Shown here: positions 9,176 to 18,659 of the stretch, in pieces
How the letters are laid out: every line of letters begins with the position of its first letter
How positions within the stretch are numbered: the stretch's first letter is position 1
From: Octopus sinensis
Taxonomy: Eukaryota
Assembly: GCF_006345805.1 (NCBI RefSeq)
Contig: NW_021823731.1
Span: 1 to 21,474, forward strand
Length of the DNA stretch: 21,474 bases
Direction of reading: 5' to 3'
Program-made: the position numbers and the translations under genes
Notes under the pieces: model-generated
What the model was told of the DNA's origin: nothing
The model's input: only the letters and a program-made list of their open reading frames with translations
The model's database searches: none

Positions 9176-10495
9176 ACCGGAGTAAACACATAAATGTGAA
9201 ACAAGGTGGAAAAAGAGTACTCAAATACCAGTGGTAGAGTAATATGCTTTATTTTAAGCAGCAGAAAATTCAACAAAATCTGTTACTCTGAGTTTCTCGT
9301 TGCCGTTCATCAGACAGTTCTTGCTAGAATGGAACATATATATTAATTCAATCTATACTCTTACAAACGCTACACCTTTAAAAAGAAATGGACTTGTTTG
9401 ATTGGCCCTTTAGAAAAAACGGTCAATCTTCGAGGGATAAACAAAAAGGTCAAAAATATATGTATATATATATAAAAACTTATAAAAATTATAAAATCCG
9501 AGGAAAATACCGAGGAAAAAACCTGTTGCCGTTAATGAAGACAGTACAAATTAATGCATAGAAATTAAACCCGTTATAAATACTGCAATACATATTTATA
9601 TTAAAATCCACATATATATATCAACATACACAAAAGGATGCGCGTAAACGCCATACATACATATACAGACGTATGAATATGAATCTAAATTATACACATA
9701 AAAGCATGTGTACATATATTCACGCAAAACGTCTCGCACGCAAGCTAAAATTCATCTATGTAGCAATTCTCATATACTGAGCAAGGAGGGGGAACGAAAG
9801 AAAGGGAAAGAGAGAAAAAGGAACGAAGGAGGGGTGGGGAAAAAAATTGTAGCGATGTTATTTGGCATCTATAGAGGCCAGTATACATACACAAGTTTGA
9901 ATCGATACATATACATACCGTCGTGTGTATGCGTGCTTAAGCACAAGCATACTTTCACTTACACATACACAGATACGTATGCTTACAAATACATATGCTT
10001 TGCTATACACAAACTTATATAAACATTCTAAATTGACAACATTGCTTTTTTTATTAAAAAAAACATTGCTTTTAAAAATTCGGTGCATTAATAAAAATAT
10101 ATACGAAAGACCTATAAAAAAAAATAACATCCTATTTTGGGTCATTTATAAATAATCAAGGTAATATAAATAATCAAGGTAATTTTATGCAATACAATAA
10201 CATGAAAACAAAGTTTGTAGGTTTTTCCTATATATGTAGAAACAATAAGACTTTGCTATAGGTCCGTTGCAGCGCTCAAGAGTCAAAATCAAAATCAAAA
10301 AATCAAAATACAAAATATATACTCTATCCATATGGTATATTTATATTCGACATTTTAAATTTAGCCTTGTGCCTACATAAGTTCATTAATTCACTTCTTT
10401 GATTCAAAGAATTATTGTCTTTGAATAATATATGCATTTTTTCTAATAAGCAAAGCTTGCACTTGAAATTATATTTGTAAGCTCCATGCCTGTAT
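9176..10495 (-). repeat. PLE 3' pseudo-LTR (copy A): last 172 nt of the ORF plus 3' UTR
   Basis: Near-identical to 12523-13846; the differences are mostly 1-2 nt indels. Confidence 0.9.
9280..9317 (-). ncRNA. Minimal type-I hammerhead ribozyme motif (PLE pseudo-LTR A)
   Basis: Sense sequence: CUGU-CUGAUGA-A-CG-GCAA-CG-A-GAA-ACUC-A-GAGU-A-ACAG. This gives stem I CUGU/ACAG, core CUGAUGA and GAAA, stem II CG/CG with a GCAA tetraloop, palindromic stem III and a GUA cleavage triplet. Confidence 0.78.
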
Positions 10496-12455
10496 GGTGC
10501 CGCCCTGTCCAGAATGCTCCATGTCACGTTGAAAGGTGGGGCTTCCTTTTCTTTTAGTTCCCAGACATATTTTGCTAGGCTGGTTTTCTTTCTATTCTCT
10601 GGGTATTTAAAAGAATTCTTATGAGAATAAAATCTTGTTTTAAATGAATTTTCTGAAGCCCCTGTGTATGTCTTGTATTCTGATGAGCCTTCCACTTGCA
10701 CCTTGGCTCTATAAACTACTCCTTTCACTAGACATTTCCCTTCTAACGGACAGGAGCTTTCGTTTTTGAAATTACATTTCTTAATGGGCTCGGCACCATG
10801 TCTAATCTCAATTAGCTTCCTATTATGTTGGCTAATGTAAGAGGCGAAATTTCTGCAACAAGAATAGCTAACCTTCAGGGTTCTTCTATTAAATATTCTG
10901 TAGAATTTATGACCCTGCCTAAAATGCTTAGAGACTAATCTCAAAAATTCCTTACCTATATTAGTCTTTACGGCCAAATTGAAAGCCGGGTTGAACCACA
11001 AAACTTTCCTAGTCCTAGTTCTTCGTGCAGCATTATTATTAGCATTAAGCTGGTTGAACTGGATCTTCTCCGAGAATCCACTATTCTTTAATGCGCTATC
11101 GTAATAAGGTGCAGCAGATTATGGAATGCTGCCTCGTCCGAAGAAATTGAAGATATTCTTCTACCTACATTGCTGACTAAGTTGCTAAGGATAACTGGTG
11201 GATGGTTCGAATCTTTGCTAATATACGATAGCTTTTCATTGGGTTACGGAAAGGTTTAAATCTATCCGATCTTACATTAAAATTTACGTCTAAAAAATCT
11301 ACACTATTCAGGTTAGTATCTATCGTAATCCGTAAGCCCATCCTTTGAAAGAAAGCTATAAGGTCCTTCCTAAGTCTATCTGATTCATGGCCGTTTAGAT
11401 TATGCGTGGCTATAAGGCCGTCATCCCTATATAGACCTGCATCTATAAATGGGAATTCTATTTTTAGATTATGGAGAATAAAGGCTCCTATGAGCATACA
11501 TAATTCAGCCCCGTCGTATGCCCCCATCGGTACATCGAAAAGAGAATCCTCAGTCTTCTTAATCCAGGTGGAATCCTCGAAAAACAGAAGCGATTTCCTC
11601 GCATGCATAATAATTTCAATTTCCGAGCTATCGATGTTGACATACTGCTTGGCGAAGTCCAATGCCCTTAGGAGCAACGTCCTAGATATCGACGGGTAAA
11701 AGTCAATAATGTCGAATTGTGTGAAACTACAATTATTCTTATAGCTAATACCTTTAAACCACTCTATAACTGACTTACTATTCTTCCAAATTCTCAAGTC
11801 TACTTCACTATCTAATTTAACTAAAATACGGTCTAAAATATTTTTGCTAATAATTCCTATCTCAGTTTTAGCCGGATTTATCAATCTACATTTGGGGTTT
11901 CTACTAAAATTGTCTTTATGGTCTTTCAGAGTAATAAAAGCTGGTCGTGGTGAAAGGTATTCAATCCTATCGCTAATCTTAAGATCGTTAGCTATTCCTC
12001 TTGCTTCTAAGTTCACCTCTTTGTATATATTCGTGTTGTCTTTTTGTACGTGTCCGTGACACTATTCGAAATCAGGCGTTTATAAACGTCCTTATCAAGT
12101 GCATATAAGTTCCTTGTCTTGTCAGAATTAACGAAGATCTTATTCGAGCCGTTAATTTTCTTAATTTTTTCTCTCATGTTTTTTTGCAATTGGTTGGTAA
12201 ATTTGCGGAATTTAATTTTCCTAATAAGCTCGAAAAGGTCTTTCTCGAAGGCTTCTAATTCCGGAATCGGTGGTGGGTTTCTGGAGATTTAAATCCATAT
12301 TTGTTACCTTCTTTCTGTTTATTATCAAAGAAGAAGGCTTTCCATCTCAGTCTTCTAATAAACTCTTCTGTTTTCTCTATAAGACCTTTGATATATTGTT
12401 TCTGTGCAGGGATAGGTATATTTTTCTGAGAAAAATCCAGCGGGTAAAGTTCCAT
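10324..12455 (-). pseudogene. PLE polyprotein (reverse transcriptase + GIY-YIG endonuclease), ~710 aa when four frameshifts are corrected
   Basis: Joined ORF pieces contain N-terminal SQKNIPIP..RWKAFFF..YGFKS, DKTRNLY, CRLINPAK, FDIIDFYPSI, MGAYDGAE, catalytic LYRDDGL, VDFLDVNF, SNHPP and WFNPAF. The linker CNFKNESSCPLEGKC is followed by GVVYRAKV..YTGASENSFKTRFYSH (GIY-YIG) and CKLC..E..LN.RSEL..CRH. Frameshifts fall near 12283, 12040, 11245 and 11118. Confidence 0.92.
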
Positions 12456-12522
12456 CTTTTTCAGCTGTTTGTTCTTCCTACTTGTGCAGAGTCGCTCAAA
12501 CTTTTACAAGGAGCGGGGTTAG

Positions 12523-13846
12523 ACCGGAGTAAACACATAAATGTGAAACAAGGTGGAAAAAGAGTACTCAAATACCAGTGGTAGAGTAATATGCTTTATT
12601 TTAAGCAGCAGAAAATTCAACAAAATCTGTTACTCTGAGTTTCTCGTTGCCGTTCATCAGACAGTTCTTGCTAGAATGGAACATATATATTAATTCAATC
12701 TATACTCTTACAAACGCTACACCTTTAAAAAGAAATGTGACTTGTTGATTGGCCCTTTAGAAAAAACGGTCAATCTTCGAGGGATAAACAAAAAGGTCAA
12801 AAATATATGTATATATATATAAAAACTTATAAAAATTATAAAATCCGAGGAAAATACCGAGGAAAAAACCTGTTGCCGTTAATGAAGACAGTACAAATTA
12901 ATGCATAGAAATTAAACCGTATAAATACTGCAATACATATTTATATTAAAATCCACATATATATATCAACATACACAAAAGGATGCGCGTAAACGCCATA
13001 CATACATAACAGACGTATGAATATGAATCTAAATTATACACATAAAAGCATGTGTACATATATTCACGCAAAACGTCTCGCACGCAAGCTAAAATTCATC
13101 TATGTAGCAATTCTCATATACTGAGCAAGGAGGGGGAACGAAAGAAAGGGAAAGAGAGAAAAAGGAACGAAGGAGGGGTGGGGAAAAAAATTTGTAGCGA
13201 TGTTATTTGGCATCTATAGAGGCCAGTATACATACACAAGTTTGAATCGATACATATACATACCGTCGTGTGTATGCGTGCTTAAGCACAAGCATACTTT
13301 CACTTACACATACACAGATACGTATGCTTACAAATACATATGCTTTGCTATACACAAACTTATATAAACATTCTAAATTTGACAACATTGCTTTTTTTAT
13401 ATAAAAAAACATTGCTTTTAAAAATTCGGTGCATTAATAAAAATATATACGAAAGACCTATAAAATAAAATATAACATCCTATTTTGGGTCATTTATAAA
13501 TAATCAAGGTAATATAAATAATCAAGGTAATTTTATGCAATACAATAACATGAAAACAAAGTTTGTAGGTTTTTCCTAATATATATGTAGAAACAATAAG
13601 ACTTTGCTATAGGTCCGTTGCAGCGCTCAAGAGTCAAAATCAAAATCAAAAAATCAAAATACAAAATATATACTCTATCCATATGGTATATTTATATTCG
13701 ACATTTTAAATTTAGCCTTGTGCCTACATAAGTTCATTAATTCACTTCTTTGATTCAAAGAATTATTGTCTTTGAATAATATATGCATTTTTTCTAATAA
13801 GCAAAGCTTGCACTTGAAATTATATTTGTAAGCTCCATGCCTGTAT
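12523..13846 (-). repeat. PLE 5' pseudo-LTR (copy B), upstream of the ORF in element orientation
   Basis: Starts ACCGGAGTAAACAC as at 9176 and ends GCTCCATGCCTGTAT as at 10495. Confidence 0.9.
12627..12664 (-). ncRNA. Minimal type-I hammerhead ribozyme motif (PLE pseudo-LTR B)
   Basis: Identical 38-nt motif; the predicted cleavage site (12631) is ~175 nt upstream of the ORF ATG at 12455. Confidence 0.78.
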
Positions 13847-15385
13847 TAAGAATGTAATTGCAAAAACGAAAGCTCCTGTCCGTTAGAAGGGAAATGTCTA
13901 GTGAAAGGAGTAGTTTATAGAGCCAAGGTGCAAGTGGAAGGCTCATCAGAATACAAGACATACACAGGGGCTTCAGAAAATTCATTTAAAACAAGATTTT
14001 ATTCTCATAAGAATTCTTTTAAATACCCAGAGAATAGAAAGAAACCAGCCTAGCAAAATATGTCTGGGAACTAAAAGAAAAGGAAGCCCCACCTTTCAAC
14101 GTGACATGGAGCATTCTGGACAGGGCGGCACCATACAGGCATGGAGCTTACAAATATAATTTCAAGTGCAAGCTTTGCTTATTAGAAAAATGCATATATT
14201 ATTCAAAGACAATAATTCTTTGAATCAAAGAAGTGAATTAATGAACTTATGTAGGCACAAGGCTAAATTTAAAATGTCGAATATAAATATACCATATGGA
14301 TAGAGTATATATTTTGTGTATTTTGATTTTTTGATTTTGATTTTGACTCTTGAGCGCTGCAACGGACCTATAGCAAAGTCTTATTGTTTCTACATATATA
14401 TTAGGAAAAACCTACAAACTTTGTTTTCATGTTATTGTATTGCATAAAATTACCTTGATTATTTATATTACCTTGATTATTTATAAATGACCCAAAATAG
14501 ATGTTATATTTTATTTTATAGGTCTTTCGTATATATTTTTATTAATGCACCGAATTTTTAAAAGCAATGTTTTTTTATATAAAAAAAGCAATGTTGTCAA
14601 ATTTAGAATGTTTATATAAGTTTGTGTATAGCAAAGCATATGTATTTGTAAGCATACGTATCTGTGTATGTGTAAGTGAAAGTATGCTTGTGCTTAAGCA
14701 CGCATACACACGACGGTATGTATATGTATCGATTCAAACTTGTGTATGTATACTGGCCTCTATAGATGCCAAATAACATCGCTACAAATTTTTTTCCCCA
14801 CCCCTCCTTCGTTCCTTTTTCTCTCTTCCCTTTCTTTCGTTCCCCCTCCTTGCTCAGTATATGAGAATTGCTACATAGATGAATTTTAGCTTGCGTGCGA
14901 GACGTTTTGCGTGAATATATGTACACATGCTTTTATGTGTATAATTTAGATTCATATTCATACGTCTGTATATGTATGTATGGCGTTTACGCGCATCCTT
15001 TTGTGTATGTTGATATATATATGTGGATTTTAATATAATATGTATTGCAGTATTTATAACGGGTTTAATTTCTATGCATTAATTTGTACTGTCTTCATTA
15101 ACGGCAACAGGTTTTTTCCTCGGTATTTTCCTCGGATTTTATAATTTTTATAAGTTTTTATATATATACCATATATTTTTGACCTTTTTGTTTATCCCTC
15201 GAAGATTGACCGTTTTTTCTAAAGGGCCAATCAAACAAGTCCATTTCTTTTTAAAGGTGTAGCGTTTGTAAGAGTATAGATTGAATTAATATATATGTTC
15301 CATTCTAGCAAGAACTGTCTGATGAACGGCAACGAGAAACTCAGAGTAACAGATTTTGTTGAATTTTCTGCTGCTTAAAATAAAG
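13845..15385 (+). repeat. Inverted 5'-truncated PLE copy (copy C): endonuclease segment plus 3' UTR
   Basis: Reverse complement of 9247-10785. The + strand encodes CNCKNESSCPLEGKCLVKGVVYRAKV. It ends about 70 nt short of copy A's 3' end, at (TA)n. Confidence 0.9.
15315..15352 (+). ncRNA. Minimal type-I hammerhead ribozyme motif (inverted copy C)
   Basis: CTGTCTGATGAACGGCAACGAGAAACTCAGAGTAACAG on the + strand; predicted cleavage is after A15348. Confidence 0.78.
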
Positions 15386-15720
15386 TATATATATATATAT
15401 ATAGATAGATAGATAGAGAGACAGTCAGATATAGAGAGAGAGGCAGAAAGTGACGTTCCCGGATACACACACACACACACACAACATCACACATAAATAC
15501 ACACACACGCACAAACATAAACAGGCGTGTATACACACACACAGACACACCGACACACACCCCAGACATCATTCGTCTTATGTGTATACATGTGTAATAC
15601 TCCACCCTCTCTCTCCCCCTTTCTCTCTCTCTAGACGTATGTAAATATTCATACACACTTACATATATAAATATTTACCTGCTTATGTACATACATAAAT
15701 ACATACATATACACACATCC
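15386..15720. repeat. Compound (TA)/(GATA)/(GA)/(CA) microsatellite tract
   Basis: Direct inspection. Confidence 0.85.
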
Positions 15721-15921
15721 GTTAGTTTTCCTTTCTTTTTCACGTCCAAATTAATTATAATTCCTAATTAATGACTTAATTGTGAGACCTTAATGTCATT
15801 TAATATTATTTAATTCATAAAAATGCTGACAATGTCTCTTTGATTTTAAATAAATAATTTCGACAAAGTTTTGTCTAAATTTCCCGCCTTTTTCTCCACG
15901 TTTTTTGTCATTCAAATTAGC

Positions 15922-15934
15922 GTTGCTAGGCAAC
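15922..15934. promoter_or_regulatory. Candidate RFX X-box (GTTGCTAGGCAAC) with an upstream E2F-like TTTCCCGC (15880-15887)
   Basis: Near-palindromic match to the X-box consensus GTNRCY(N0-3)RGYAAC. It lies in a locally GC-richer, non-repetitive island following an AT-rich stretch. Confidence 0.45.
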
Positions 15935-16037
15935 AAATAGAAACAATTGAACGGGAAGCGGCAGAAGTTATAGAGAGACTCCAGACTGGGCGGTTTGTGT
16001 GATACCAGACCAGAAATATCACCAGACACCCTTAAGC

Positions 16038-16080
16038 ATGGGTTGTCACAGATGGATTTACCCGTCATCTTTTCTACGAG
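16038..16080 (+). CDS. Possible first coding mini-exon (MGCHRWIYPSSFLR..., or MDLPVIFST.. from 16052)
   Basis: The ATG is in a strong Kozak-like context (AAGCATGG) ~100 bp after the X-box and is followed by a GAG|GTATGC splice donor at 16081. I recognised no homology; this call is speculative. Confidence 0.25.
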
Positions 16081-16954
16081 GTATGCTTATGTGTGTGCAA
16101 GAAGGCTACGTATAATAATGATGTATATTTATATTCCTATATAAATGTATTGGCAATCCTGAGTCGGAAATTATCCAATACCTCAAATATTCCAACATCT
16201 TTTGATATTTCTTTTTTAAACTTGTACATATACATGAATAAATGTATACACAAACACACATACATATAATATATATATATACACACCTACATTTCTACAG
16301 TTATATATATATATATATATGTATACATCCTGTGGCATAACTACAGATGAACACCCCATCGACTTTGTTTCCTCATAACTTCCAGGAAAATGGATATTTT
16401 TAATGAAACTTCCACTTTCATTTCCTAAGAGAAAAGGATGCTCTCAAAAGAAATCCTCTTTTACAAAGCTCTTATTTAAATCCCTGTGGATAAATCCCAG
16501 CAAGAATCTTCTCAGGCTCTCCAATATTTTACAATTATATAAAGAGAAAGAATCGGGGGCCAGGAAGTGGGGCTAAAAATAATCAGAGATTTTAAAAATA
16601 TTCTTTTTATTTTTTTGTAACATAAATGTGTTTCTGAGGGAAAAAATGAGAAAAAAAAAGAAGACAAGGAGGGTGGTGTGCTAGAAACAACAGCCAAATC
16701 TCCCTTAAATCACACACTTTTCCCTCGAACCCTTACAAAACATTTTGCCAACAAATTTCTTTTTAATCGTAATCTGCATCGTTTGAAAGTTATTTCTACC
16801 AAACTTCATTCAAAAATACCCATTTTTATACAAAAATACCTTTATACACATGTATATACCTACATATACACACATGTCTTTGCTATGTTTTTTAAACACA
16901 TAAAACTCATAGATGCATACTTTTATAATATTTTACACTTAAACCGCCGCAAGA

Positions 16955-17325
16955 CAATATTTTCAGAGTTGCTTCTTAAAGTGTCCTTCACTTTTTTTAT
17001 GACAAACGATACAAATTTCAGAGTATTTGGCTGTTATTTCTAGCATGATGTTAGGCCATCTATAGGACAATATTTGACATGGATGCTTTGGAAATTGTCC
17101 ATCGATTTTTATTTGTGATGAAACAAAAATGTGAAGGTTTGGATGGCTCTTTCTAGCATGAAATGAGACCATATACAGGTCAATTTTATTTATGAATGCT
17201 TCTTATCTGTCCTTCAAAATTTATATGAAAAATAAAGTGGTTTCTATTTCTAGCGTGAAAAATGACCAGCTATGGGAAAGCTTTTACTGAATGCTTCTTA
17301 AAGTGTCCTTCTCTTTTTTTATGAA
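16955..17325. repeat. Diverged ~95-115-bp tandem repeat (~3.5 units)
   Basis: TTTCTAGC[A/G]TGA at 17037, 17150 and 17247. GCTTCTTA...GTCCTTC at 16971, 17198 and 17293, with a degenerate copy at ~17085. Confidence 0.6.
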
Positions 17326-17483
17326 CCCCCAACAACAACAACAACAACAACAACCCTACGAGGACGAAAGGCAATGTTTGTGCGTGTGTGCAGTTGGAAT
17401 GTCACTGCAACAATAGCAACAACAATCTATTCTTATTAAACGTTAAAAACTGTCAGATGCAGACTGCACACACGCACACACAA

Positions 17484-18280
17484 CGATGATGACGACGATG
17501 ATGATGATGACGATGATGATGGCGATGATGATGATGATGACGTTGATGATGATGATTGATGATGATGACGATGATGACGATGATGGTGATGACGATGATG
17601 ATGATGACGATGATGATGGTGATGATGATGATGATGACGATGATGATGTTGATGATGACGATGATGGCGATGATGACGATGATGGTGATGACGATGATGA
17701 TGATGACGATGATGATGGCGATGATGACGACGATGATGATGATGATGACGATGATGATGGCGATGATGACGATGATGGTGATGATGATGATGATGACGAT
17801 GATGATGGCGATGATGACGATGATGGTGATGACGATGATGATGGCGATGATGACGATGATGATGATGACGATGATGATGATGACGATGATGATGGCGATG
17901 ATGACGATGATGGTGATGACGATGATGATGATGACGATGATGATGGTGATGATGATGACGATGATGATGACGATGATGGTGATGACGATGATGATGATGA
18001 TGACGACGATGAAGACGACGATGATGATGATGATGATGACGACGATGATGATGATGATGATGACGACGATGATGATGATGATGATGACGACGACCACGAC
18101 GGCGGAGACGACGACGACCACGACGACCACGACGACGACGACGGCGGAGACGACGACGACGACGACCACGACGACGACGACGACGGCGACGACGACGGCG
18201 ACGACGACGGCGGGGACGACCACGACCACGACGACGACGGCGGAGACGACGACGACGACGGCGGAGACGGCGGCGGTGGT
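17484..18280. repeat. ~800-bp (GAT/GAC/GGY)n trinucleotide array with higher-order units
   Basis: Accounts for the poly-D, poly-M/T, poly-S and poly-I/V ORFs. The 24-mer GGCGATGATGACGATGATGGTGAT recurs at 17666, 17759, 17807 and 17894. Confidence 0.92.
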
Positions 18281-18359
18281 CGTCTGCCTTTTAATGGAGA
18301 ATCAATGATTATGAAAGTCTCTGCTTTCGGACCAGACATTCCTATACATACATGCATGC

Positions 18360-18410
<51 letters not shown>

Positions 18411-18659
18411 AACATACATACTTATAGCCTTATTTCTATACATACATTCCTAAATATGTGTGTATATATATATATAAACGCATGTATATATACTGTATAT
18501 AAATATACACACACACACAAAGAGAGAGTGTTGAGGAATGTTACGACAATAAGTGTGTAGAATGCAATGTATGCGATGCAGGTTCGATTCCCGGGCGAAG
18601 CCATTTACAACAACAATAATAAGAAGAAGAAGATTGAAGTTTAATATTTCTGGAAATAT

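Larger units (their letters stand above)
9176..15385 (-). mobile_element. Penelope-like retroelement (C-terminal GIY-YIG type), composite insertion with direct and inverted pseudo-LTRs
   Basis: An RT+EN ORF lies on the minus strand. 9176-10495 is repeated directly at 12523-13846, and 9247-10785 is repeated in inverted orientation at 13845-15385. Both outer ends abut TA-rich microsatellite. Confidence 0.93.

Noticed and set aside
8586-9224. ORFs with YIYIYI runs (8675..9151, 8883..9224 and similar elsewhere)
   Set aside because: They are translations of (TA)n/(CA)n microsatellites and SINE sequence.
9708-10155. Short ORFs repeated at 13203..13412 and 14567..14926
   Set aside because: They recur only because they lie in the PLE 3' UTR copies; they are low-complexity and AT-rich.
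9840-10240. Several variants shared by copies B and C but not A, suggesting a copy genealogy
   Set aside because: Nearly all are homopolymer or dinucleotide indels that could be local consensus errors in A, so they are not interpretable without reads.
10679-10700. CTGATGAG on the + strand, a possible further hammerhead core
   Set aside because: There is no downstream stem II/GAAA or flanking stem I, and it lies antisense within the endonuclease ORF.
17443-18427. Poly-Ser, poly-Ile/Val, poly-Met/Thr and poly-Asp ORFs as genes
   Set aside because: Several frames are open simply because the trinucleotide array lacks stops; they are reported as a repeat.
18550-18603. tRNA-like fragment with GGTTCGATTCCC B-box ending ..CCA
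   Set aside because: The T-stem pairs poorly and I could not fold an acceptor, D or anticodon arm. It is at most a decayed tRNA or SINE head.
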